Both the position numbers and the translations under genes were made by a program. Of a DNA stretch of 64,000 nt, positions 1-9,771 are shown in pieces. The notes beneath the pieces were generated by a model, which was not told the origin of the DNA, ran no database searches, and was given only the letters and a program-made list of their open reading frames with translations. Where the stretch lies: positions 7,175 to 71,174 of the IMG/VR virus record IMGVR_UViG_3300021181_000009; one strand, written 5' to 3'. The DNA comes from a virus. Position 1 is the stretch's first letter. The number at the start of each line of letters is the position of its first letter.

Positions 1-889
1 CAAACTTTTATCAGAGAAGTATGGTTCTGACAATATCCTAAGTATGGATAATCATACAACATATCTCGATCTTATTCCAAAAGAAGAATTGACATTTCTA
101 TTAACAGAACGTCAAAAGATCGTAGGTGTTCCTCTAGCTTATTGTGATATCAATGACAAGACATTAGTAAAGAAGGCATTTGATATGTTCAAGCCAACAC
201 ATGTTTTGCACTTAGCCGCTTTCCCGCGTGCCAAAGTAGTTGACAAGAATCCGTCATATGCTAGTGAAACATTAATATCAGGATTGCTTAATATTTTAGA
301 AAATTGCTCTACTGTAGAGCATTTTGTTTATATCAGTAGTTCAATGGTATATGGTGATTTCGATCATCCAATATCAGAAAATGAACTATGCAATCCCAAA
401 GGGACGTATGGTATTCTTAAACTAGCAGGAGAACAGCTAGTTAAAGATTGGGCATCTAAGATGGATAAAAATTATACAATTCTACGCCCTAGCGCGGTTT
501 ATGGACCACTTGATGTTCAGGATCGTGTTGTTAGTAAATTCTTTGAAGCTGCAATGAAAGATGAAGCATTAACCGTTCATGGTGCTGAACAATTACTAGA
601 CTTTACGTATGTAGAAGATTTAGCATCTGGTATTTGTGCTACAATAGAAACACACAAAAGCTTTGGTCACACATTCAATATGTCTAGAGGTTCTTCACGA
701 ACATTATTGGATGCTGCTGAATGTATTACAAAAATAGTCGGCGCTGGCCGAATCAACATTCAATCCAAACATCCGATGTATCCGTCAAGAGATTCATTAG
801 ATTGCAGTAAAGCATATGAATTATTAGATTTTACGCCTACTACTGATATTGAAGTGGGCTTTCTCAAATATTATGATTGGCTAAAATGA
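1..889 (+). CDS. NAD-dependent nucleotide-sugar epimerase/dehydratase (extended SDR), 5'-truncated by the window edge
   Basis: HLAA, ISSSMVYG, catalytic YxxxK (YGILK), LRPSAVYGP and DFTYVED motifs. The frame is open back to position 2 (KLLSEKYGSDNILSMD), so the GxxGxxG motif probably lies upstream. Confidence 0.9.
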   Translation, partial: KLLSEKYGSDNILSMDNHTTYLDLIPKEELTFLLTERQKIVGVPLAYCDINDKTLVKKAFDMFKPTHVLHLAAFPRAKVVDKNPSYASETLISGLLNILENCSTVEHFVYISSSMVYGDFDHPISENELCNPKGTYGILKLAGEQLVKDWASKMDKNYTILRPSAVYGPLDVQDRVVSKFFEAAMKDEALTVHGAEQLLDFTYVEDLASGICATIETHKSFGHTFNMSRGSSRTLLDAAECITKIVGAGRINIQSKHPMYPSRDSLDCSKAYELLDFTPTTDIEVGFLKYYDWLK

Positions 890-1992
890 ACATTCCTTTT
901 TTTGCTTTAGATAGACAGTATCAAACAATTAGAACCGATATTCTCAATGCATATGATAAAGTATTATCATCTGGTAAAGTAATCAGAGGTATCAACACTC
1001 AAATGCTTGAAGAAGAAATTGCTGCTAGATGTGATAGGCAATTTGCAATCGCAGTTAATAGTGGCACAAGTGCATTAATGGGTGCTATCATTTCTTTGTA
1101 TTGTCAATCAAAGAATATCTTATGTCCAGCAGAAAGCTTTGTCGCAACAGCAAACGCAATTTATTCTACATCAAATAATCCTGTGATTGTAGATTCTGAT
1201 TACAGTGGATTGCTTGATATCAAAAAATTGACTAAAGCGAAATTAGAAAACGCAAGTGCCTTGCTTTATGTAAATTTATACGGTAATTGTTTAGATTATG
1301 ACAACTTACGTGTAATGCTAGAGTTATATGGGATCAGCAATCTTCCTATTATTGAGGATGCGTGCCAAAGCTTCGGTTCATCATATAAAGGAATCCCATC
1401 AGGAAAACTGGGAACTATTAGTTGCTTGAGTTTTGATCCAACAAAGAATTTAAACAACTATGGATCAGGTGGAATGATTTTGACTGATGATATTCATGTT
1501 GCAGAATATATGCGAAACTTTAGATCAAATGGGACTGAAGTATATTCACACCGTTTAGAGTATGGAATAAATGTTCAAATGTCTGAAATGGATGCTGTTG
1601 GATTGCTCGTAAAGTTGAAACATTTTGATAAATGGCAAGCACGCAGAACACAAATTGCCAATCACTATAATTCAGAATTTTCTAAAATATTTGCATTAGA
1701 TATTCCTACCCAAACACTCGATTCTGTGTGCAACTGGCACAAATATGTGTTGAGAACTTCATCGAACGATAGAGATAAACTTAGACAACATCTAGAAAAG
1801 AATGGTATTGAAATTAGAATTCATTATGAGAAAACATTAAGGCATCATCATATGAATACTGACAAATACGATACCAATACTATTTCTCACAAAAATTGCC
1901 TAGAAAAGCTTAGTTTACCCATATACCCAGAGCTCCAGGATGTCGAGGTGGAATACATCATAAAGGTAGTAAAAGAATACTACGGTAAATAG
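886..1992 (+). CDS. DegT/DnrJ/EryC1/StrS PLP-dependent sugar aminotransferase
   Basis: AVNSGTSAL, IIEDACQSFG, SFDPTKNL (PLP lysine) and LSLPIYP motifs. ATG at 886 overlaps the epimerase TGA (ATGA). Confidence 0.92.
   Translation: MNIPFFALDRQYQTIRTDILNAYDKVLSSGKVIRGINTQMLEEEIAARCDRQFAIAVNSGTSALMGAIISLYCQSKNILCPAESFVATANAIYSTSNNPVIVDSDYSGLLDIKKLTKAKLENASALLYVNLYGNCLDYDNLRVMLELYGISNLPIIEDACQSFGSSYKGIPSGKLGTISCLSFDPTKNLNNYGSGGMILTDDIHVAEYMRNFRSNGTEVYSHRLEYGINVQMSEMDAVGLLVKLKHFDKWQARRTQIANHYNSEFSKIFALDIPTQTLDSVCNWHKYVLRTSSNDRDKLRQHLEKNGIEIRIHYEKTLRHHHMNTDKYDTNTISHKNCLEKLSLPIYPELQDVEVEYIIKVVKEYYGK
1986..1991 (+). promoter_or_regulatory. T4-like late promoter core TAAATA, 5 nt before ATG 1997
   Basis: TAAATA-gtagt-ATG. 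The motif recurs before many gene starts and a gp55-like sigma is encoded in the window. Confidence 0.6.
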
Positions 1993-1996
1993 TAGT

Positions 1997-2878
1997 ATGA
2001 GACTCTATGAACTTAAACCAGGCCAAAAGAAGGAATTTCACCCTTCAAACACTGAAGAACCTCAATCATTTACTACGTTTTTAACGAATTGTAGTGAATC
2101 TATTGCTGCTATGCGCGAAGCTAAAAGTTTTTTATATCGCGGAATAAAGAGTACAAAAGGTGATATATTTTTAGGGCGGCCCAGAGCTAATCGTAATGCT
2201 GTGGATACAAAAGGCTCTATTCAGAAAGAAGTAGATAAATTTTACACTGCTGCAGGGTTTACTGCATTACGATCTAATTCTATATTTTGTTGTGGTGATA
2301 TCAACACCGCTATATCCTATGGTGATCCATATATAATTTTTCCTATAAACGGATTTGCATTCACTTGGAGTCCTAAGATATATGATTTTTATGATTATAT
2401 GCAAAGCAAAGATATCAATAACCCAAGTGATTTGTATTCCAATCAAGATGTATTAGATACAATCAGGAAATCTTCAGACCGTATAGCAAATAAACTCGAT
2501 TCTATAATAATTAAACGACGTTTTGATGATGTAGGTGATGAACTCTATTATATCAAGGTTTGGTTCAACGACATAAGTTATGAATATAATCCGAAAGAAA
2601 TCCCAAAGTTTCTAATGAAAGCATCCAAAAAATGTTTTGATATAGAAAAAAAGTATAAAGTTGATCTTAAAACTATACATGCATATATTTCTGAAATTAA
2701 TGAACTGCTGAAAACCACTATCCTGACGTCGGATCAGGTTCTATCAAATTTACAATACACTGATAAGGATTTTGCTGCTGCACTAAAATCCAAAAAAGAA
2801 ATAATTGTCAATGGTGAATATTATGCATTCACGAATAATAAATATCACAAATATCTGTGGGATGCACTCATTAAATGA
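1997..2878 (+). CDS. Paralog 1 of 8, putative ADP-ribosyltransferase-fold protein with ~100-aa insertion
   Basis: MRLYEL N-terminus. FLYRG, RSNSIFCCG, YG.PYIIFPINGF.FTWS and KEIIVNGEYYAF motifs shared with the other seven copies. Confidence 0.6.
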   Translation: MRLYELKPGQKKEFHPSNTEEPQSFTTFLTNCSESIAAMREAKSFLYRGIKSTKGDIFLGRPRANRNAVDTKGSIQKEVDKFYTAAGFTALRSNSIFCCGDINTAISYGDPYIIFPINGFAFTWSPKIYDFYDYMQSKDINNPSDLYSNQDVLDTIRKSSDRIANKLDSIIIKRRFDDVGDELYYIKVWFNDISYEYNPKEIPKFLMKASKKCFDIEKKYKVDLKTIHAYISEINELLKTTILTSDQVLSNLQYTDKDFAAALKSKKEIIVNGEYYAFTNNKYHKYLWDALIK

Positions 2879-3477
2879 AGTTATACGAATTAGAAATCCA
2901 ACTTGGTGAGAAACAAGAGCTAACACCAGAACTTAGTGAAACGTATATCGCACTTATTAAACGAGATTGCTCAGAAGCACTTGCGGCAATGAAAGCGACA
3001 GGAAGGTTTTTGTATCGTGGTGTTCCTGGGGCGACCTTAAGGGCATTTAAAGGTGCATCAAGAGAAAATCGCAGACCACTCTCAACTAAAGCACATTTCC
3101 AAGTATTGATTGATGAAATGTTATCTCATTATGGATTTAAAGCATTAAGATCAAATTCTATATACTGCACTTCTGCATACGAAGAAGCACAATATTATGA
3201 GAAGGGATCTGGACATTTGTATATGATTTTTCCCATCAATGGATTTGATTACACTTGGAGCCGATATTCAGGTGATCTTTATGCTATGATGGGATCGTCA
3301 GATTATCAAACGTTGAATAATAGAGATTTCGAAAGTTTTCAAGAAAAATTCCAATTTACAAACAAGTATCTGAATGATGCCTTGACAGCTGGACACGAAG
3401 TAATGGTCCATGGTCAATATTATGCATTTTCTAACCTAATATATGGCTATAATTTTGATAAGGAATTATTAGAATGA
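2875..3477 (+). CDS. Paralog 2 of 8, putative ADP-ribosyltransferase-fold protein
   Basis: MKLYEL; FLYRG, RSNSIYCTS, HEVMVHGQYYAF. ATGA overlap with paralog 1. Confidence 0.6.
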   Translation: MKLYELEIQLGEKQELTPELSETYIALIKRDCSEALAAMKATGRFLYRGVPGATLRAFKGASRENRRPLSTKAHFQVLIDEMLSHYGFKALRSNSIYCTSAYEEAQYYEKGSGHLYMIFPINGFDYTWSRYSGDLYAMMGSSDYQTLNNRDFESFQEKFQFTNKYLNDALTAGHEVMVHGQYYAFSNLIYGYNFDKELLE

Positions 3478-4118
3478 AAATATACGAAATTGAAGCTGGT
3501 GCCAAAGAGAAGTTTGAATCGCCGATTGAAAAAATTGTTCCGTTAATTCAACAACATTGTAGGCAAGCACTTTACGGAATGCAGCAGGCAAACAGATTTC
3601 TCTATCGAGGAGTAAAAAAGATGCCAGCAGTAGCATTCCTGGGCCAATCTAGGGAAAACAGAAGTCCATCAGCATCGTCAGCGACATTTCATAGAAACAT
3701 TAATTTAGCTTTTGCTACAGCAGGATTCGTTGCAAATAGATCCAATTCAATATTTGCAACGTCTGATAAAGGAGAAGCTGCTGGCTATGCATTAGGAAGC
3801 AGCAATAAACCATATATGATATTCCCCATAGACGGATTTAAATTTACTTGGAGTCCATCAATTCAGGATCTCTTTGTTAATGAATATGGTTTATTTGGGA
3901 ATGGCCCGGAAGAATACTTAAAGAGAATGAAATTCTATTACGAGGATGATGCTGACCCAGAACTTATCAACGAATTTTTATGGAAATCAGAATATACTGA
4001 TAAAGATTTCGGAGCAGCAGTTAGTTCACGCAATGAAATAATGATCCATGGCCAATATTATGCGGTTAGTACTGAATTCGAAGATTGGCCAGAGTTTAGA
4101 CAACTCATTGGTTCTTGA
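3474..4118 (+). CDS. Paralog 3 of 8, putative ADP-ribosyltransferase-fold protein
   Basis: MKIYEIE; FLYRG, RSNSIFATS, NEIMIHGQYYAV. ATGA overlap. Confidence 0.6.
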   Translation: MKIYEIEAGAKEKFESPIEKIVPLIQQHCRQALYGMQQANRFLYRGVKKMPAVAFLGQSRENRSPSASSATFHRNINLAFATAGFVANRSNSIFATSDKGEAAGYALGSSNKPYMIFPIDGFKFTWSPSIQDLFVNEYGLFGNGPEEYLKRMKFYYEDDADPELINEFLWKSEYTDKDFGAAVSSRNEIMIHGQYYAVSTEFEDWPEFRQLIGS

Positions 4119-6996
4119 AATATTCATCCAACCACGCCCACTCAAAACTTAACAACAATTTATTCAATTCGCCATTGACACTTTCATAATATGTGATAGC
4201 GTCTTTTGCACCTTTAAGGCACATATCTGCATTCTCGCCTTCGGCAACATTCAACCAAATATCCAATCTTTCTTTTGCAATATAGTCGCCATTGTCTGCA
4301 AAGTATCTAAGCTTCAAACTTTCCCTAAAAGATGTGCGCCAACATACTTTACTATCTTTATTAAAATGACTCGTTCCACTAAGCATAGGAACAACATCGT
4401 GCAACGAAGAAAGCGTAAAATCTAATCCGTGATTATCATCCATACTCAATACCGTATTCTTGTGGTATGCGATAATTGCCTGATGGCCATATTCTAATCC
4501 ATTGACAGGATTCTTTGCATGAAAAATATAGTGGCGTGGCATGCGAAGTCGGTCTGGTTGCCAATTAAAATCAAAATTCGTATCAATCTCTAACTTAGCA
4601 AATACATTGAATGCCCAATTTGTTTCACTAGCATTCGATGCTGCCTTATATGCTGCTGATCGACCATTTACACCATCGACCCTAACGATACGATTTTTGA
4701 AACCTTTATCTATAACGTATTCATTAAGCTTCAACCACATATCATCTGCCATCGATTCACCATTGCTAATGAATACAATATCAAGTGGTTTGCTTTTATA
4801 CCAATCTTTCTTATCTATCGTAATGAATGGATAGTCGTATATTTGAGAATTGAAATAGTTCTTAACGTCTTTTGGCACCAATGCAAACTCTGCACCATCA
4901 CTCAATACATGCACCGATCTATCTTTACCTGACCATAGATTTGGCGTGTATGTAAGCACGCCCCCTTCATATTTTTTAGGCAAAAACAATGCATAATTAG
5001 TAGAAAAAACGTGATTTTCGACTACTTGAGGCAAGGTTTCTTCAGTAAATCGTACAGTTTCAACGTCATACCTATTAACTGGCTGCACTGATACGTAATT
5101 CACTGTTTTAAAGTCCTCTAACTTACTAATTTGCTGTCTCTGCGCTTTAAATTCAGTTACTGGAACATAAAATGTATCGCCATACTTCTGATCGTTACTA
5201 GGAAATACATGTAACATATTATGTTGCCAAGCACTTGGGTGCCAGCTAAAGTCAAATGTGGAATAATCACAAATACTTGAGATAACCCAAATATGTTTTG
5301 TCTCAGATTGATTGGCACAACGAGTTATAGCATCCAAATAATTATCAACAAATCGCATCGTTTTTATATTAGAATATTTTTGCTTTAGAATATCTAATTG
5401 TGTTTTGCTTTCTGGATTGAAATGATCTAGATACCAAATATCAATTTGTTCTTCACTATTATCCACTGTTTGATTCTTGACAAAATTAAGATTTGGCCAA
5501 TCTTTGATATCATTGCACCATGTTCTGTTTCTGTTTAACTCAAACTTAGACAATAGAATTGAATCAGTCCATTTATCCCATTTACTACCGAACACATGTG
5601 TCATAGATAGTTCCCATGGTTCTGGGGACCAACTGAAATCAAATTCATCATAAACAAATTCACTACTGATAATCCAGAATCTATCTGTATTACATTTATT
5701 AGCACAACGAATTGCTGTTTGTTGTAAATTATTAACGAATCTCGTTTTTTGTAGCTGCGGATATTTGTTCTTTAATGATTCAAATCTTTCAGTACTTTCT
5801 TTGTTACCTTTGTCTAAAAAGAACATATCAAGTGATGCTGTATTTGTTGTTTTAATATCCGCAACATAGTTAATACTTGTATTACCGGCTAGATATGACG
5901 GTGCATTAACAAAATATGTTTCACTGTGTTGTTGCCATTGTGACGCAAATACATGAACAAGATCAATTTGACTTTTATCTGGGTGCCAACTGAAATCAAA
6001 TTCATCATAATTTAAATCTTTACTCAATGCCCAAAACTTTTCAGTAGGATGTTCGCTTATTAAATCTTCTAATGTAGATAGTATGAAATAGCGAGGGGAA
6101 TTAATACCACTATAAAAAACCCGTATATCATTGATATAATTGCATCCACGAGGCGCGGTTGTTCCTGCGAAATATGAAGTTTCAGAAGTTTTTTGCCATT
6201 GTGAAGGGAAGACATGTTTATAATCCTTTTGACTTTCATCTGGATGCCATGAGAAATCAAACGTAAAATAATCTGCGTTAGGATCAAGCGTCCAATATTG
6301 CATTTCAGGTATTGCTTTAGCTTTTAACTGTGGGACATATTTTTCTTGTGTCGCATTCTTTACAACGTATGTCGGACCACCTGTAGCTTGCCACTGCGTT
6401 CCAAATTTATAAATATATGGAGGGTCATTAGGATGTGGGCACCAACTGAAATCAAAGCTACTCTTATCGATATTAGCGGGAACAATCCAGCCGCCAATTG
6501 GAATAGTTTTTGCACGCAACTCATCGTGGAATTTTGGAGCAACTGCTTTAATACAATGATATTCGGGTCCCCCAATGTCCCACCATACCGTACCGAATAT
6601 GTGAATGTAAGGTGGCTCGTCTGGGTCAGGGTGCCAGGAGAAGTCGAAACTATCTACATCTATATTTTCAGGGACTACCCAGTTTTCGACACACGATTTC
6701 CTAACAACTCGTTGCTCAGTTCTATAATTTTTAATTAAATTTGATTCAGTTAGATTTGCCGGAATGAGATACGTTCCAGCATTGCGCTGCCACTGCGAAC
6801 CAAACACGTGAGTGTGATGCTGTTCCCATTTAGGTGGCATCCAATAAAAATCAAAATTATCATAATCTGTATCTGCTGTAATCACCCAACAAAACTTAGT
6901 TCTGCTTTGTTTTGCAGCATCGAAAATATCTACTGCGTATTTTTCATGTGGAAATAGATTTGGTTTAGTAGAAGTGGTGTAGAATACGTCGAACAT
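4105..6996 (-). CDS. 963-aa repeat protein (8 x FDFxWxP units) with a C-terminal glycosyltransferase-like domain lacking DxD
   Basis: Repeated W..........FDFSWHP......HVF.SQW units. The C-terminal domain aligns by eye with 28690..29628 (LDIVFIS/LDVIFLT, RVDGV.G/RVDGI.G, NGL.YG). Confidence 0.6.
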   Translation of the reverse strand: MFDVFYTTSTKPNLFPHEKYAVDIFDAAKQSRTKFCWVITADTDYDNFDFYWMPPKWEQHHTHVFGSQWQRNAGTYLIPANLTESNLIKNYRTEQRVVRKSCVENWVVPENIDVDSFDFSWHPDPDEPPYIHIFGTVWWDIGGPEYHCIKAVAPKFHDELRAKTIPIGGWIVPANIDKSSFDFSWCPHPNDPPYIYKFGTQWQATGGPTYVVKNATQEKYVPQLKAKAIPEMQYWTLDPNADYFTFDFSWHPDESQKDYKHVFPSQWQKTSETSYFAGTTAPRGCNYINDIRVFYSGINSPRYFILSTLEDLISEHPTEKFWALSKDLNYDEFDFSWHPDKSQIDLVHVFASQWQQHSETYFVNAPSYLAGNTSINYVADIKTTNTASLDMFFLDKGNKESTERFESLKNKYPQLQKTRFVNNLQQTAIRCANKCNTDRFWIISSEFVYDEFDFSWSPEPWELSMTHVFGSKWDKWTDSILLSKFELNRNRTWCNDIKDWPNLNFVKNQTVDNSEEQIDIWYLDHFNPESKTQLDILKQKYSNIKTMRFVDNYLDAITRCANQSETKHIWVISSICDYSTFDFSWHPSAWQHNMLHVFPSNDQKYGDTFYVPVTEFKAQRQQISKLEDFKTVNYVSVQPVNRYDVETVRFTEETLPQVVENHVFSTNYALFLPKKYEGGVLTYTPNLWSGKDRSVHVLSDGAEFALVPKDVKNYFNSQIYDYPFITIDKKDWYKSKPLDIVFISNGESMADDMWLKLNEYVIDKGFKNRIVRVDGVNGRSAAYKAASNASETNWAFNVFAKLEIDTNFDFNWQPDRLRMPRHYIFHAKNPVNGLEYGHQAIIAYHKNTVLSMDDNHGLDFTLSSLHDVVPMLSGTSHFNKDSKVCWRTSFRESLKLRYFADNGDYIAKERLDIWLNVAEGENADMCLKGAKDAITYYESVNGELNKLLLSFEWAWLDEYFKNQ

Positions 6997-7011
6997 AAAT
7001 ATATTTAAATA
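6996..7011. promoter_or_regulatory. Overlapping divergent TAAATA late-promoter cores
   Basis: TAAATA on + at 6996-7001 and 7006-7011. TAAATA on - at 7007-7002, 5 nt before the ATG at 6996. Confidence 0.55.
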
Positions 7012-7024
7012 TGCATATTATAAC

Positions 7025-7660
7025 ATGAAAATAAACGAAATAACAGATAATCCCAAAGCCGATGATGCTGAAATTGATGCTTTAGTAAAAACAATTCGCA
7101 CTGAATGTAGCCAATTTATTCCCTATGTAGTTGAAGCCCGTTATGCATTATATCGCGGCTTGCAAGTCGGAACAAAATGGCATAGCTTTGTTACTAAACA
7201 ACGACAAATCCCGTTAGCATTCGTAGGAAAATCTATAAGCCGTTACGGTAGTGGTGTATCGCCCACCGAAAAAGAATTTGATAATTTATTGTTAAATGCT
7301 GGATTTACTGCACTAAGATCAAATTCAATCTATACGACAGGTGATCAGCACGTAGCTGAAGGATATGGTGAAATGTATGAGATTCTTCCGAAGAACGGAT
7401 TTACATACACTTGGGCTCCAGGTGCAGGTAAAGATAATGTATATATTGTAGAAACTATCAATGATATTTTAAAAAGTGGCAATACAGATCCAGAAAACGT
7501 TAGACAATATCTATCCGATACAAATTTGGCACAAGCAATAAAGCAAGGAACTGAAATATACATACATGGTGAATATTATGCATTTTCAAGATGGAAAATG
7601 CGGAGAGTGCTTGATAAATTGTGGAACGAAGAATTTCATCCAGGACGGGTAATTCAATGA
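7025..7660 (+). CDS. Paralog 4 of 8, putative ADP-ribosyltransferase-fold protein
   Basis: MKINEI; ALYRG, RSNSIYTTG, TEIYIHGEYYAF. Confidence 0.6.
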   Translation: MKINEITDNPKADDAEIDALVKTIRTECSQFIPYVVEARYALYRGLQVGTKWHSFVTKQRQIPLAFVGKSISRYGSGVSPTEKEFDNLLLNAGFTALRSNSIYTTGDQHVAEGYGEMYEILPKNGFTYTWAPGAGKDNVYIVETINDILKSGNTDPENVRQYLSDTNLAQAIKQGTEIYIHGEYYAFSRWKMRRVLDKLWNEEFHPGRVIQ

Positions 7661-8610
7661 AAATAAATGAAATTGATTTGGAACCAGGACAAAAACAACG
7701 ATTTGATCCTTCAAACACAGACTATGAAAGAAGTTTCGATAAATTTCTTTTAGATTGTAGTGATTCCATCGCAGCGATGAGGCAAGCAAAGCAACTTTTA
7801 TATAGGGGGATAAAAACAAAAGTCCCTGATATTTTTGTTGGTATACCACGACAAGATAGGAGTCCATTGGACACCCCTAAGGGACATAATGAACAAATCA
7901 ATACTCTCATGTCCAAAGCAGGATTTACTGCAATAAGAACCAACTCTATATTTTGTTCAGGTTCAGTTTGGGAAACTGGAATGTATGGAAAAAATTACAT
8001 CATCTTTCCTAAAAATGGATTTGATTTTACGTGGAGCACTAAGATAGATGATTTAACGCGCTACTTATCTTTAAATCGTACTAACTTTTCACAATATGGA
8101 TTCCAAGCATATTCTGATACTTTTCAAAAATATAGAATTGCAGGGTTCAATGTAACATCTTATATGCGACAAATAATCCATGAAGTTAATAACTTACCTT
8201 ATGGCTCTCCTGAAAGAAAAGGCGGTGAAAAACTAGGAGGTCTCATTGCAAATACTCAAAACTATTACAAGATGGATCTACAAACCAATACTTATATGTT
8301 TCCATCTGCAAAAGATGCTAAAAAAATTGCTGCTGCGGTCGTCGCATACAATTCAATGTACAAGCAAAATATAGGTGAGAAATTGATGGACCACTTACCT
8401 GACTATATTCAATACGCAACTGCCATGCAGAATCCGCAAAAGAATATTCATCCAAAAGACGTTATGCAAGGTATGGGTTATAAGTCAGATGATTTTACAG
8501 CGGCGCTTAACTCATTACATGAGATTCTGATTAAAGGTGAATACTATGCCTTTAATAAAGACAAATACTATTACGAACTAAGAGAAAAGATACTCTATGA
8601 AAATAAATGA
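7657..8610 (+). CDS. Paralog 5 of 8, putative ADP-ribosyltransferase-fold protein with ~120-aa insertion
   Basis: Start reassigned to ATG 7657 (MKINEIDLE, ATGA overlap). LLYRG, RTNSIFCSG, HEILIKGEYYAF. Confidence 0.6.
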   Translation: MKINEIDLEPGQKQRFDPSNTDYERSFDKFLLDCSDSIAAMRQAKQLLYRGIKTKVPDIFVGIPRQDRSPLDTPKGHNEQINTLMSKAGFTAIRTNSIFCSGSVWETGMYGKNYIIFPKNGFDFTWSTKIDDLTRYLSLNRTNFSQYGFQAYSDTFQKYRIAGFNVTSYMRQIIHEVNNLPYGSPERKGGEKLGGLIANTQNYYKMDLQTNTYMFPSAKDAKKIAAAVVAYNSMYKQNIGEKLMDHLPDYIQYATAMQNPQKNIHPKDVMQGMGYKSDDFTAALNSLHEILIKGEYYAFNKDKYYYELREKILYENK

Positions 8611-9196
8611 AATAGATCCTGGTGAAAAAATTGATATAAGTGATACAAATAATATTTATCATTTTATCGATCTAATTCATACTCATTGTTCAGAAGCTAT
8701 TGCCGGAATGAAGCAAGCCAATAAATTTCTGTATAGGGGGATAAATGGGGTGCCATCTATGTTTCATGGAAAACCTAGGTCCGACAGACAACCGACCAAT
8801 AAAAATCGTACGGAATCACAGAAAATGTTTGATATTGCACTAGCAAAACAAGGAATAGAAGCTAACCGTTCAAATTCTATATTTTGTTCTGGAAGCGTAA
8901 CTCAAGCTATGATCTATGGATTAGATGATAATGACGTTTATTGCATATTTCCCACAAATGGATTTAAGTTTGTCTGGAGTCCGAAAGTCAGAGATATAGT
9001 TAATGATCCAGACTATAATTGGCGAAATCGTTACGAACAAGAATTTTATGATCGATATGTCATAAGGAAAGATTACACAAATCAAGCCTTAGGAGAAGCA
9101 ATTAAGTCTGGTCATGAAATCATGATTGCTGGAGAATATTATGCAATCCGTAGCAATCTTGCTGGCGGTGTTTTTTGGAAATATTTAGTCAAATGA
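8597..9196 (+). CDS. Paralog 6 of 8, putative ADP-ribosyltransferase-fold protein
   Basis: MKINEID; FLYRG, RSNSIFCSG, HEIMIAGEYYAI. Confidence 0.6.
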   Translation: MKINEIDPGEKIDISDTNNIYHFIDLIHTHCSEAIAGMKQANKFLYRGINGVPSMFHGKPRSDRQPTNKNRTESQKMFDIALAKQGIEANRSNSIFCSGSVTQAMIYGLDDNDVYCIFPTNGFKFVWSPKVRDIVNDPDYNWRNRYEQEFYDRYVIRKDYTNQALGEAIKSGHEIMIAGEYYAIRSNLAGGVFWKYLVK

Positions 9197-9771
9197 AAAT
9201 ATACGAAATAGAAGCTGGTGAGAAACAAAAATTTGAGCCGTCTAATTCAGATGAAAATAGAACGTTTCAAAAGTTCCTTTCTGATTGTAGTGATTCTATT
9301 GCTGCAATGCAATCTGCAAATAAATTTATATTCCGTGGTACATCCTCTTTTCCAAGTGAAATATTCATCGGAAAATCTAGAGATAATAGAAATTCACTAA
9401 GCTATGTTCGGGAAGAAAGTAAGATAATAGATTTCCAATTTGAACAAGACGGATTTGATGCTAGGCGCACCAATTCTATTTTTTGCAGCGGGTCTGGTCC
9501 AGAGGCGGGTAGTTATGGTAAGCTTTATATGATTTTCCCCATCAACGGATTTAAATTTACATGGAGCCCAATGGTTGTTGATTTCGCTACAAATGCAAGC
9601 ATTAATAAACATTTATCACATTTTCATCCACTAAGTTATGGCTACACAAATAAGAATTTAGTTGCGGCCATAAAATCAAAAAATGAAATAATGATTAATG
9701 GATCCTACTATGCATTTTCCTTCAAAGAATACTGGAAGCCATTATCTGAATATTTTGGGTTTAAAAAATGA
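9193..9771 (+). CDS. Paralog 7 of 8, putative ADP-ribosyltransferase-fold protein
   Basis: Start reassigned to ATG 9193 (MKIYEIE, ATGA overlap). FIFRG, RTNSIFCSG, NEIMINGSYYAF. Confidence 0.6.
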   Translation: MKIYEIEAGEKQKFEPSNSDENRTFQKFLSDCSDSIAAMQSANKFIFRGTSSFPSEIFIGKSRDNRNSLSYVREESKIIDFQFEQDGFDARRTNSIFCSGSGPEAGSYGKLYMIFPINGFKFTWSPMVVDFATNASINKHLSHFHPLSYGYTNKNLVAAIKSKNEIMINGSYYAFSFKEYWKPLSEYFGFKK

